A stretch of DNA of 64,000 bases. Origin: Haliotis rufescens. Taxonomy: Eukaryota. Positions 23,726 through 36,100 of the stretch are shown here, piece after piece. The first letter of the stretch is position 1. Every line of letters starts with the position of its first letter. Under the pieces are notes generated by a model, which did not search any database, had not been told where the DNA came from, and was given only the letters and a program-made list of their open reading frames with translations. The stretch is from NCBI RefSeq assembly GCF_023055435.1, contig NW_025964386.1:186001-250000 (forward strand). The letters run 5' to 3'. The position numbers were made by a program, and so were the translations under genes.

Positions 23726-23887
23726 GTGAGTGAGTATGGTTTTACGCCGATTTTAGCAATATTCCAGCAATATCACGGCGGGGGACACCAGAAATGGGCT
23801 TCACACATTGTACGCATGTCGGGAATCGAACCCGGGTCTTCGGCGTGGCGAGCGAACGCTTTAACCACTAGGCTACCCGACCGCCCC
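23726..23887 (-). mobile_element. SINE family A (tRNA-Asp-like head, ~165 bp, (ACTC)n tail), full length
   Basis: A box TAGCCTAGTGG and B box GGTTCGATTCC on the minus strand. TSD CGATTTATATGA at 23714-23725 and 23888-23899. Confidence 0.9.
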
Positions 23888-23914
23888 CGATTTATATGAA
23901 GATCGGTTTTGAAT

Positions 23915-24696
23915 TATTATTGATAATTGGCACGGAGTTCGTCCGTCCGGTTCTCGAAGGGGACACATTTTCTCAAAAACTAAGTCTGTGAAATGAAATT
24001 TTGCACACTGGTGTTACTGGTCATGATCTCAAATGAGTTGAGATGTCGTAAATTCAATTTTAACAAAGCTATGGCCCTTGCTCCGTGATTTTCAACTTAG
24101 CGCATACTGCGTGAAAAGGGGACAAGTTTTCTCAGAAACTACTGAAGTTACATACATGAAACTTTGCATGCTTATCTAAGAGATACTTGTCAAGACTGAG
24201 TTCGTAAATTGATCCCGTCAATAAATATTTTACAGGGTTATGGCCCTTGATCCATGTTATTTTACTTTGTGCATAGTGTGTGCAATTGGAACAAGTTTTC
24301 TCGGTCTAGTGAAGCTACATGAATCAAAGTTTGCATACTTATCTAAGAGATACTTGTCAAGACTGAGTTCGTAAATTGGTCGCGTCCATTAATTGTTTAC
24401 AGAGTTACGGCCTTTGATCCATGTTATTTGTGGAAGGTTTTTTTTTCTCAGAAACAACTAAAGTGACGTAATCTAAAAAATACTTATCAAGACTGAGTTA
24501 GTATAGAGAAAGGGCCTGTTGTGTGTATTAATTTCACATTTAATCATTTTTTACTGATGACAAAAAAACAAAAACAGCCCTATCTCTTCTTAAGGCTTTA
24601 CTTAAGGGCTCTTTTTATAGTATATGTTCACTACTATATGAACAAACTTCTAATGTGCCTCATGGCGGGGGATAGTGATAATGCTGTTTTCTTGTT
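23915..24696 (+). mobile_element. Helentron/HINE-like element with internal ~170-bp tandem repeats
   Basis: GTCC microsatellite near the 5' end, repeated TTCTCAGAAAC..AAACTTTGCA..GTTATGGCCCTTG units, GGCGGGGGA near the 3' end. Classification is by resemblance only. Confidence 0.5.
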
Positions 24697-27556
24697 TAAT
24701 GTCCACTTAATGTATTGAAACGTTTTATGTCCACTTAATGTATTGAAACGTACATCATTAGTTTGATTAATACAGAAATAAATGATATGCAAATTCAGCC
24801 ATGCAATATAGGCGTATGGTAGTGTATTCTTAACTACAATAAACTACGGTTATAACGATCTCTAAGGGACTACTAATTTTAGTTTTTTATAACCGTAGTT
24901 CGTTATATGCGTAGTTTACTGTAATTTGATTTAGGGGGGTGGGGGGTTATATGAACAGTTTGTTGGCAGTGGCGAAAAAAAGGAATGGTTTTTTTTCTCA
25001 CAAATGGTTCTCTTTAAGACATGTGACAGGCGCACGTCCAGTTGTGGTACTGTATTCCAAAGCTCTGGATGGAGCACACTATAGATCCACTCCTGTCTCG
25101 AAGTGAACAAAAATGATTGGCTGACACCAGAGACCGTATAATAATTTATTATAAGGTCTCTGTTGACACGTTTTCTTTGTTTGTGTGTTGTTTAACGCCG
25201 CCCTCGGCACCATTCCTGCTATATGACCGTGATCTGTAAATAATCAAATCTGGACCCAGTAATTGACATCATGAGCATCGATCTTCGCAATTGGGATCCC
25301 ATGACAATCATACACTAAGTCTGCGAGTCTGACCACCCCGTTAGTTACCTCTTTTGACAAGCATAGGTTGCTGAAATGCGACGTGCACCCATTACACCAC
25401 ACTCTGTCGGCTCTTAGTCCGCAATTGCAGATGATCTTGTTCCACAAGAGACATCACAGAATTAAATTTAGCTTCACCTCACCATTTGAAGTCTCATTTT
25501 CCAAGTTAATACATTAAAGCGGCAGCTGTATACAATCAAAGTAGGCGCGTAAGAATCGCGTCTCGTTATATGTGCGTGTTTGTTTACCGCTGCGCTCAGC
25601 AATATTAAATTACAGCTATATGATGGCGGCATGTAAAATCTGATGAATGACGCCTTCGTGTTGACTTGGTTGGTGAATGTCATCAAATCCCAGTTGCGTA
25701 GATTGATGCTCGTGTTGTAAATCACTGGATTGTCAGGTCCAAACTCGATTTTTTACAGATCGGAATATAGCTGAGTGTGGCGTTTAACAACAAACAAATA
25801 TGAAACTTTCTTGGCCCAAATCCCGAGTGCATCGTTCAAACATGCCATTAGCTCAAACGCTTTTCTCGTGCAGATCATGCTCTCATAGCAAAGGTCGCAC
25901 CATAAGGTTAACACTGACAAATGTAAAAGCCTCGGACACAATATTACTCATATATATTGTAAACATTTTGCAAACCTTAAAATGTATTGTGAACAAAAAC
26001 AACTTACTCAAAGACCGCATCCTCGGTCCAGAGGATGGAGCGTCTGCCCGCATACTTCCTCACTGACCAACTGGTTCGTAGTCATTTTAGTGGCGCTTCA
26101 TTCAATTGATCGTTCAAAGGTTTTATAGTAAGTGAGTATGGTTTTACGCCGCTTTTAGCAATATTCCAGCAATATCACGGCGCAAAGGTTTTATAATAAT
26201 AATGATCCCAGCCTGACGTACTGGGGTCGGTGAGTGAATGAGTTTTTACAGTATTTGCAACAACGAAGTACAGTAAACATGGGCTTCACTACCTCCTTTG
26301 ACGATGTAAATGTACTCTGAATGCAATCTCATCAAAATAAGATCTTCTACTCTGATATAATACCTCTCTTCATGGAGATGTGATTTGAATGATACTGACT
26401 GGAAATGCCAGGGGCGGATCCTGGATTCAAATAAGGAGGGTTCCACTTGGGCCATTTGTAATTTCAATTTTACTTTAACAACCAAATCAACATGTTGTCG
26501 TGATAGGTAATGTGGATACATCATGTCATCAGATGTAACCCCTCACCCCACCCCCCAATGGGTTCCAGCTATTTGGTAATCCCAGCAAATTTGTCAACAA
26601 GTTCTAATTTCATATTGTATATCAATTTAATATTCATTGATGACCCTAATTCTCGGTTTCAAACACAGTTTTATTTACAAAGTCTAGAACAAAACCCTGT
26701 GCAAACTTTTAGCATCCTATCAAAAGAGGGAGCTGGGATCTTGGGCCATTATGTCCGCTTTCTGAACAGCCCAATTTCATCACTATACCACTTTGATGCA
26801 GAAATTGTAATCTTAAAAAGTAAGCTGGCACAGAACAAACCGTGCTTGGTACATGGCACTAAAAAACCACAAGGTGTATACAATATCCAAGACACATATC
26901 AATGTAGCCCTGCCTTTATTATCCACTCAGAACTGCCCATTTACATTGGCTTTTGGGATCAGGTGGTCAGACTCGCTGGATTGTCTGGTCACGACTTGAT
27001 CATTTGCAGACCACCAACATATAGCTGGAATATTGCAGTGCAGCGTTGAACAAAAAAACCCAAAACAACAAACAAACAAACATTTGCTTTCTAGATACAG
27101 AAATCAAATACTCTGGATGCTTCTTGTTCATATGAAGAATTAAGAAACCTCCATGATGTTGGCTGATTACCAAGTTTCCCTGATGTGAACACCTATGGAG
27201 GGTTTGTCAGATCTTGATGGAGAGAGGTAAAATGTCAACTTTCAAAGAGAAGGTATTTACATTTTGAGTGATCTTCCAATACCTTATTCTGCAGATCATA
27301 GTTTAAGGTCAGCTGGCTCAAGAACATAAAACTGTCGTCAGAGTACAGAGTCATATGTAAACAGAGATACATGACCTCCCTAACAATGTGATGGACACAT
27401 CCCATAACAGGATTTGTGACCTGTACAGAGCATCAGTTTGGATAGAGTCATAGTACATAATGGAATGAAAAAGTGTGGCATTATCGTTTACACAGTTTAT
27501 ATCCCCTAACATCAGACCCAGTACTAAATGCTTCAGACTAAAATTTTGTCCCAGAG

Positions 27557-27711
27557 TGAGTGAGTATGGTTTTATGCCAATTTTAGCAATATTCCAGCAA
27601 TATCACGGCGGGGGACACCAGAAATGGGCTTCACACATTGTACCCATGTCGGGAATTGAATTCGGGTCTTCGGCGTGACGAGTTTTAACCACTAGACTAC
27701 CCGACCACCCC
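27557..27711 (-). mobile_element. SINE family A copy
   Basis: Close match to the 23726 copy; flanked by a GTCCCAGA duplication. Confidence 0.85.
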
Positions 27712-28436
27712 TTAGTCCCAGAAATATAGTCATCTATTTTAAAATATATTTCTAAAAAAAAAAAAAGTAAAATCAAAATGGAACCCAGAACAAGGCTTAA
27801 TTTTGGACTTGCTATATTCAACTTAGACTTTAGATGGATTCAATTTTGATTTATTCTATAGGGCTTGGAGACAGACTATAAATGCTTGTGAGAGGCGACT
27901 ACTGAGGATTGGGTGGTCATAATATGTGGAACCACGCTAATCCTGGCCTGCAGTGAGTGAGTTGGGTTGAATCATATGTTGCTTTTAACTATTTCAGTTA
28001 CATCATGGTATGGGAGTTCAATATGGGAGGAAAGCCGGAAGCAATGCAGGTCTCGGATAATTACCACTTTGGTAAAACCCAAGATCACAGGTTTGTTGAT
28101 GACAAACCAAGAAACATAATAGGGGCAAACCAGGATTCGAACTCGAACAGTGTGATTCTGGAGTGCCCAAGGGTTGTAACTCTAATCATATAACGACTCT
28201 TGTCAAAAACATACTGTTTATTATCAATTCATATATTTACACTTTTTTTGGTATATACAGAATAAATACAATCACAATTGTACTTTGCTACTGAAATGTA
28301 TGAACATGTGATGTGATTCTAATTCAACGTACACTTGACATATCAGAATCGGTTCTCTGATTCATGGAAAAATGTCCCCATCAAAAGTGGAGTAGTCATA
28401 GTTTTAATATACAATGACATAATGTACACTGGTATA

Positions 28437-28598
28437 AGTGAGTGAGTGAGTATGGTTTTACGCTGCTTTTAGCAATATTCCGGGGACACCGGAAAATGGG
28501 CTTCACACATTGTACCCATGTCGGGAATCGAACCCGGGTCTTAGGCGTAACAAGCCAACGCTTTAACCATGTAAACCACTAGGCTACCCCACCGCCCC
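28437..28598 (-). mobile_element. SINE family A copy
   Basis: Family match; ACTGGTATAA on both flanks. Confidence 0.85.
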
Positions 28599-28949
28599 TA
28601 TACTGGTATAAACATTAGACACTAACTTTGTGATATTTATTTGGATTTCATATCTGTAGACTCTTTGGTGATATTTTCTTCCCACAGTTCGGAAGTAAAG
28701 ATCCCCCACATAGAGTAACATTTCAGTTGGTAATACCTTCACCATCCAACATTAGTCCTAACTTGTCAAAGGCACCAACATGCATGGAAACGTTTCAATT
28801 AATATTGTTAGATACATTGTACAAATTCACAATATAAAGTTTCATAAATGACTTGAAAATTACTTGGGAAACAAATGTTCAACATGAAATGTTTGATGTA
28901 TTATATCATAGTGATGTTCACACAAAATATGAACTAGACCATGTACAAG

Positions 28950-29120
28950 TGAATGAATGAGTGAGTATGGTTTTACGCCGCTTTTAGCAATATTTGGGCA
29001 ATATCACGGCGGGGGACACCAGAAATGGGCCCTCCACATATTGTACCCATGTCGGGAATCGAACCTGGGTCTTCTGCGTGACAAGCGAACGCTTTAACCA
29101 CTAGGCTACATGACCGCCCC
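28950..29120 (-). mobile_element. SINE family A copy (in or near the SARAF 3' UTR)
   Basis: Family match over about 165 bp. Confidence 0.85.
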
Positions 29121-30124
29121 CAAATACATCCAAGAGCTTATCAGTGATAATATAACAATGTCCAAAAATCTAACTGCACAACCAGCTGACAACCAGCTGA
29201 CAACAAAACGATACCCCTTTGCAGAAAGGACCACAAAATATATCATGAAGACAGCCCTCACAAATTTGTATTTTTCATTCGCCAAGAACAAACTTGAAAT
29301 GTGATGGTTCGAATACATTTGTATAGAAATAAATGTCAGATTTGTAGCACACACACCAGATGGTTGTCCAGGAGATACACAGCAAGTCACAGAGGTTGTT
29401 TTCATTTTCTTTACCTCCATATTAATAAGAAACAAATAAACAACAGAAAATAAATCCATTTGACATTGGACAGAAAAGAAACAAAACCACCTCACCTCGC
29501 ACAGGTGAAACGGTATGCGATAATCACAAGTGAGAAGAAATGTATATAAACACATTTGGGAAAAAATTATGAAATCACTGATTAATAAAAAGCACCATAC
29601 CATTTGACATGTATGAAAGAAAAAAAATCATGTCAGATCAATGTTTGTTTTCGCTAATCTTCTGCATAATGCATATAATGTTGGAGATGGCTAAATAAAG
29701 TGACAAATATTACACTTCAAAGAAAAACAAAATAACTGCTTAAATTATATTTCAAGGTCTTGATTTAACCCTTCTTCCTTTCACACATTGCGTCTTTAGC
29801 CTGATAGATAGGATCAGGGAGATCACATTTATTGAATAAATCATGTGCAAGAAGGGTAGGATCATCAGATCATCATTCTCCAGTGAAACATCTTCACTAA
29901 GCATTGAAGCTGCCTAATAGTGTGTGCATGTGGCAAGATATTAAATAAATCCTCTTGATCCTTAAGATCCAATTTGAAACCTAAATACAGACTTAGCCCC
30001 AAGGTATAGCAGCAGGTAGTACTGATTGAGGGCGAACTTGTGCCACAGAAAGGCCTATTTGCACCCATCCTGTCTTCTTGCAACAGTTACCTCCCTTAGC
30101 ATGCTTAGCGATTCCAAGAATGAG

Positions 30125-33100
30125 TTATCTCCTCTTGGTTCCTCCAAATCCTGAGGCTGTCCTGGTTCCAGAGCTACTGCTGCCCGAGGAGTACCCCCCA
30201 AAGGATCCCCCAGAGGATCTCCCGGTGGAGTACCCACCACCCCCACCCCAACCACTACCCAAACCACTGCCACCCCCACCCCACATGCCACCTCCATTCC
30301 CCCAGAACGACCCTGTGTTGTGGTGACGGTGATGTGCGTAGCCACGGTTGCCATAGCCACTGTTGCTGCTGCCGAACAGGTACCCCAGTAACCCGCCTGC
30401 TCCCATGCCTGTCCAGAAACCTCCGCCAGTTCCAGTTCCAGTTCCAGTTCCTGTGTTGGTAGAAGTCCCTGCATACGCTCCTGTGTTGGCATATGCTCCT
30501 GTGTTAGCATATCCGCCAGTGTTAGGGTAGCCGCCTGTGTTGGCATATCCGCCTGTGTTGCCTGTGTTAGCATAGTCTGTGAGAAAATAGGGTAAAACAT
30601 ACCATGAATACACAAACGAGAAGATGTAAAATAGGCTTGTCAGCGTATTCCCAATGTATTCCTAAAGAACTATTTCTACCTATTTTATGGAGACGCAAAT
30701 TTCTCAGAAATGAAGCAATGAAGTTTACCTAACATTAACATCTCATCAACAACATCAGAAAGTCAGCATCCTAAAACATATCTTACTAACACAAAATCAT
30801 TAAAATGCAATGGCATCCTACTATTAATGCTATCTTAGTCAATGCTCTTGATTCAACTCACCTGATCCTGGTGTAAACTCAGGTTTGAACCCTGGGGGTG
30901 GCGCCTGGTTGTTGTCGTTGCGACTGTAGGGTGGAGGTTGGTCTGGGCGGGGTCCTGCAGTATTGGTCGGAGGAGCTAGACACATCTTGTAGATGATATA
31001 GATGACAAATCCAGCTGCAACTAGGGCAATAACGCCTCCGAACGATGTGCTTGTTGTCTTGTGGCTGCTGAGTAAACACAAAGAGCAACTTGAAACATAG
31101 CAAACTTGTTTACTCCATTTAGGCAAATTATTGGTGAGTGCGAAATTGGGTCCTACGGAAGCGCCCATTAAATATCCAACACTCCACCAAATTCCAATAA
31201 ATATATATTCATTCCAACCATAATTCTGCATGCAATCAGTCAAATGTTGTGGTTGATAGATACATTTCTTAAACAGATCTTTCTCTTTTGTTTTGTGTAT
31301 TGAGCTCAGTTAAGGAAACTACCCTGAAATAAGCCCCAACAACATTATGATCTGCTTTCTTCCGCCCTCTTATTCAACCCCAAAGTCTGGAACAAGGAAT
31401 TAAACTGAGCTGAAAACTTGAGGAGGTGGAGGAGGTGAAATGGGATTTAACATCTCGTTTGAGATTACTGTGTGTGTCTATGTCTGTATCTCTGTTCTGT
31501 TTCCGGACTAATGCCAGTTTAATAATGCTAGCCCACACAGCATAACCCTGTTAAGAGCCAACTTTCCAAAATAACAATAAGTATTTAGATATGATCTTAC
31601 AACACCAAAGCCCCATAATACGATCAGCCTACACAACAATACAATGTGATTCCCAAACTTAGCTGCTAATGTTTTAGCTTAGATTCTTTCTTTCTTTTCT
31701 TTCTTTGTTTGCTTGTTGTTTAACGCCACACTCAGCAATATTCCAGCTATATGATGGCGGTCTGTAAATAATCGAGTCTGGACCAGACAATCCAGTGATT
31801 GATATCATGGGCATCGATCCAGGCAATTGGGACCGATGACATGCATCAACCAAGTCAGTGAGCCTGACCACCCGATCCCGTTAGTCGCCTTTTACAACAA
31901 GCACAGTCACCTTTTGCGGCAAGCATGGGTTGCTGAAGACCTATTCTACCCTGGATCTTCACGGGTCCGCTTAGATTCTGTTTCAACTTGATGGGACAGA
32001 TGAAACTCTATACAGACTTTGTAACAGTCTTCATAAAAGAGACGCGTTCACAGCAGGCGGTGTAAGGCTAAACAATGATCCTTTTAACATCGTTTTGTAT
32101 GATGCAGCCAGGGATTGAACCACTGAACGTCCCAGCAGACACTCTGTGGACAATGTGAGGATGTGTAGACATGGAAAGTCTCAGTGTCTCCTACCTGTAG
32201 TAGCTGGAGCTGCGGTCATGGTAGTCGTCACCGTAGTAGTTGTGCTGGTTGCCATGGTTGTGTTTCTGCTGATGTCCTTCCTTTGTAAGGTCTATGGTGT
32301 ACTCCAACTATAATGGAACAAAATTGACTGTGCTAAATATCGGACACTTAAACTATGCTTTACAATAGATCAGAGAGCAAAACTGTGCCATATATCCTCA
32401 TCAGAAACTACAACTATGATACACATTGGAAACCAAAAAATATGTAAAGACGTTTAACTATATTTGTTTATTATTTCTTTGTTGTTTAACAAGACACTCA
32501 GCAATATTCCAGCTAGCTAAATGACGACAGTCTGTATATCATGGTATATAATCGAGTCTGGACAAGCAATCCAGTGATTGATAACATCATGAGCAACAAT
32601 CTATACAATCAATTGAGAGTGAGTTAGTTTGGTTTTACGCCGCTTTTAGCAATATTCCAGCAATATCACGGCGGGGGACACCAGAAATGGGCTTCACACA
32701 ATGTACCCATGTCGGGATTCGAACCCGGGTCTTCGGCGTGACGAGCGAACGCTTAAACCACTAGGCTATCCGACCGCCCCCAATCAATTGAGAAGCAATG
32801 TTTATTATTTAACACACACTCAGTAATATTCGATCTATATGACGGCAGTAAATATTCAAGTCTGGACCAGACAATCCATTGATTGATATCATGAGCTTCG
32901 ATCTCACAAATGGGATACAAAGTTGATCATTTAATGCCACATACTGCAATATTCCACAATATGATGGCTCCCTGTAAATAATACAATTGGGACCAGACAA
33001 TCCATATTGTGTGCTACACAATCCATGTTTTTGCAGTACGATGACATGCAATCAACCTTGTCACGGAGTATGAGCGTGCATGTGCATGTGCACGTGTGTG

Positions 33101-36100
33101 CTGCTTGTACTAGACCAGACTTGACGGATGACAAAGTAGACACAATTTATCAGTGTTTATGGATAACAACTCCTTTATTTACTGAAAAGGCAACATTTCG
33201 GTTTAGATCCTTATACTGTTGTCAAACAAGGCCTTGCTTGTCAACCGTATAAGGATCTATACCATAATGTCATCTCTACAGTAAATAAAGAAGTTGTTAT
33301 TCATATATTGTGTCTACTTTGTCATCCGTCAACTTCTAAGTAATGCCTTTCAAACAATTCAATTATAATGAACTTCCTCGTTTATGCAGTTCCATTAAAA
33401 TTGATATGATAGATATATGATGTCAGAAAGGATTGAGTAGTCAGTAATTAATCAGTACAATGAACAAAAATCATGCCAGAGGTCAAATTATCTCTTACCC
33501 CACAGGATCCCCTGAGGACATAGGGGTCATCGGGATAGTCATACCCCTCACAGGTCACCTCGACCTGGCCAAACCGATAGGCATTGTCCATATCAGTCTT
33601 GCACTCCCACTACAAATAAACAAAAATATTCTGTAATGTCAAGTCTTCATAATCAATAACAGGACAAATCTACATGAACACAAACTGCCACTGCCATGGC
33701 TCATTGCAAAGTCTTATAACAAAAATATAGAACAGATTTTGAGGTTAGGTAATTGGAATCATGTATACCAGTACATATTTTATGTATTTTACAGAGCTCC
33801 AGATAAGTTTTTGGGGTTGTGGGTATTTTACCCATGCATTTTAAAATCATTGGGTATCAGTAATTCTATCTGGGTATCAAATTTCTGTTACCCACTAGTT
33901 TTTACACATGTGGGTATTTAAGTTAAATATTTAAAAACACTATTCATCTAGTCCCTGCAAACTGGTGTCGTGTGGGTTCGAGAGCTATATAGGACTCAAA
34001 AATACCACGATACTTCCACAAGAAAGTGTGATGGCAAATGATCATGATGTAACTGTCATCGTGGAGTTTGGCAAGGTTGACAGAATGCCCGTTTATAATT
34101 CTAAAATAAGTTGCTGATTTGCTAATCAAATACCCATGGTTACTTCACAATATTTTGATGATACGCACAAGTTTTATTTTTGTAGCGTATCCGTAATGTT
34201 CGTTGCGTATTTGATACACTTGGATTTTATTTTACTGCGCATTTCTGCATTTCTGATGCGTATTTTACGCAGATACACAGCTTATCTGGAGCTGTTTTAT
34301 ATCTTCTGTATGCACCTTGACCATGCCCCTTTGTGGAGTGGAGATACAGCACCATATAAATAGCCTCATCATTGTCATAACTAGCCGCTAACCATGCAAT
34401 CTTTCAACTGAATTTAAGTCATGTCTTTTATTTAAATGACACAAAGGCCCCACACCATGCTCAGAACTAGGTCGATGTGTGTACGAATCAGACTTTTGGT
34501 AAAAAAATATTCAGCATGTTCAATAGTACTTTAGTTTTTCTTCCAGAACAAAAAATAACTACGGTATAATTGGACGCAAAATATTTACATTGCAAATCCA
34601 TAGGAGGCAAAATGACATTGATTTGTCACCAGCGTGAAATTATGTTTAACAGCCTTAACAATATTGTTCATAACATACCTGTTGATGTACACCTACTGTT
34701 ATACGGCAATGCAGATCACATTGTTACAGAAAATGAAGCTATTTTTAAGGCAGTACAACATTATATATACTACTCAAAAGAAGTTAAGGATCACCCGATT
34801 CTTTCATAATGGTAAAATAAATCTGTCATGACATGAGAGATTACCTATAGTAATATGAAAGAATCAGGTGATCCTTAACTTCTTTTGAGTAGTATATGTA
34901 CAACTGAAATGTTTTTGTAAAGTACTGTTCATTCAACAATGCATCTCTCCCCTTCACACAGACACAGACACAGACACAGACACACACACTCACTCACACA
35001 CACTCACTCTCTCTCTCAACATTTTATGTCTCTTCTATAGTGTTGTATGTATTCTGGTCGTCATGACTAACTATCTAATTCTGATCTCTCCTGATAATAT
35101 ATTAACATAATAGCCACTGTAACACATTTCCTAAATGGATTTCCATAATCAATAATGTGTATTCATGTCCTGCGGTGACATACAGTATGTGCGTCTACTC
35201 AGTGTAGTTAATGGGCTCTCTGTCAGGTGTTATTGACTATTGACTGCCACACTACTAATGCAAGTCTCACCTGAACATCGTAACCATCAAAACCACGGTT
35301 TTGGCACTGAACCACCTGTGGGACGAAGGTGCGGCAATCAGCTGATCCACCAACACATTTCAGCTGAAAGTATACATGAATTATAAACAACCAACTCTTG
35401 TTTAACATTGTTTAAGGTCAACGAATACAAACACCTGCGTTTCAGGCAATTTGCCTGTAACCATGCTAACAGGTTAATAATTGTTCAAAGTTTGGATATG
35501 TTTTGTTGATGACTCATCTCCATAGTTACAGATGCAATAAAAGTTAAAATGTCAGGGTCACAAATGTTGACCTGATTAAAGGATTTTGAGAAAGTGTGAG
35601 TCAGATTTAAAACCTCTTTGAACAACATTTCAGTCACATCCTTGCATGTCAGCTTATTGAGGGAGGAAAATCATATGTGCTTCCCACTTTAACATGTTTA
35701 ATGAAACACTAAAGTAAGAGTATGGTGGTGACAAACAAAAAATCAATCGGGGTAAATCTTGAATTTGAATGCATGATCTCTGGATCCACACATGTTTAAG
35801 AGAAGCAACACGACTGTATAAAGAAACATCTTAGACTCTCCTGGTCGTGCTGTTACCACTGCTGTAGATATCAATAACATTGCACTGTACCCCTTTGTGA
35901 CTCACAGGGTCATAGAGCCAAAAACATGATAACATAGCAGAAAAATTATCCAGAGCAATTAACCTATCACCAGAGCAAAGTTAACTACTCCCCGAACAAT
36001 CAGGCAAGAGTCATCCTCTTGCATTTTCTTTTAATCTGTATAATTCAAATAAAATAACGGGTAACCATGGTAACATTTCTGAAGATGTTGATGTTTTCCA

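Noticed and set aside
26510-27049. 179-aa ORF (and the 165-aa ORF at 29106-29603)
   Set aside because: No recognisable domain or splice context, and both run into SINE sequence, so they are likely chance ORFs.
30055-30615. Overlapping 186-aa ORF in SARAF's last exon
   Set aside because: It is an alternative frame of low-complexity coding sequence and starts in the intron. The splice phase supports the 30576-30125 frame.
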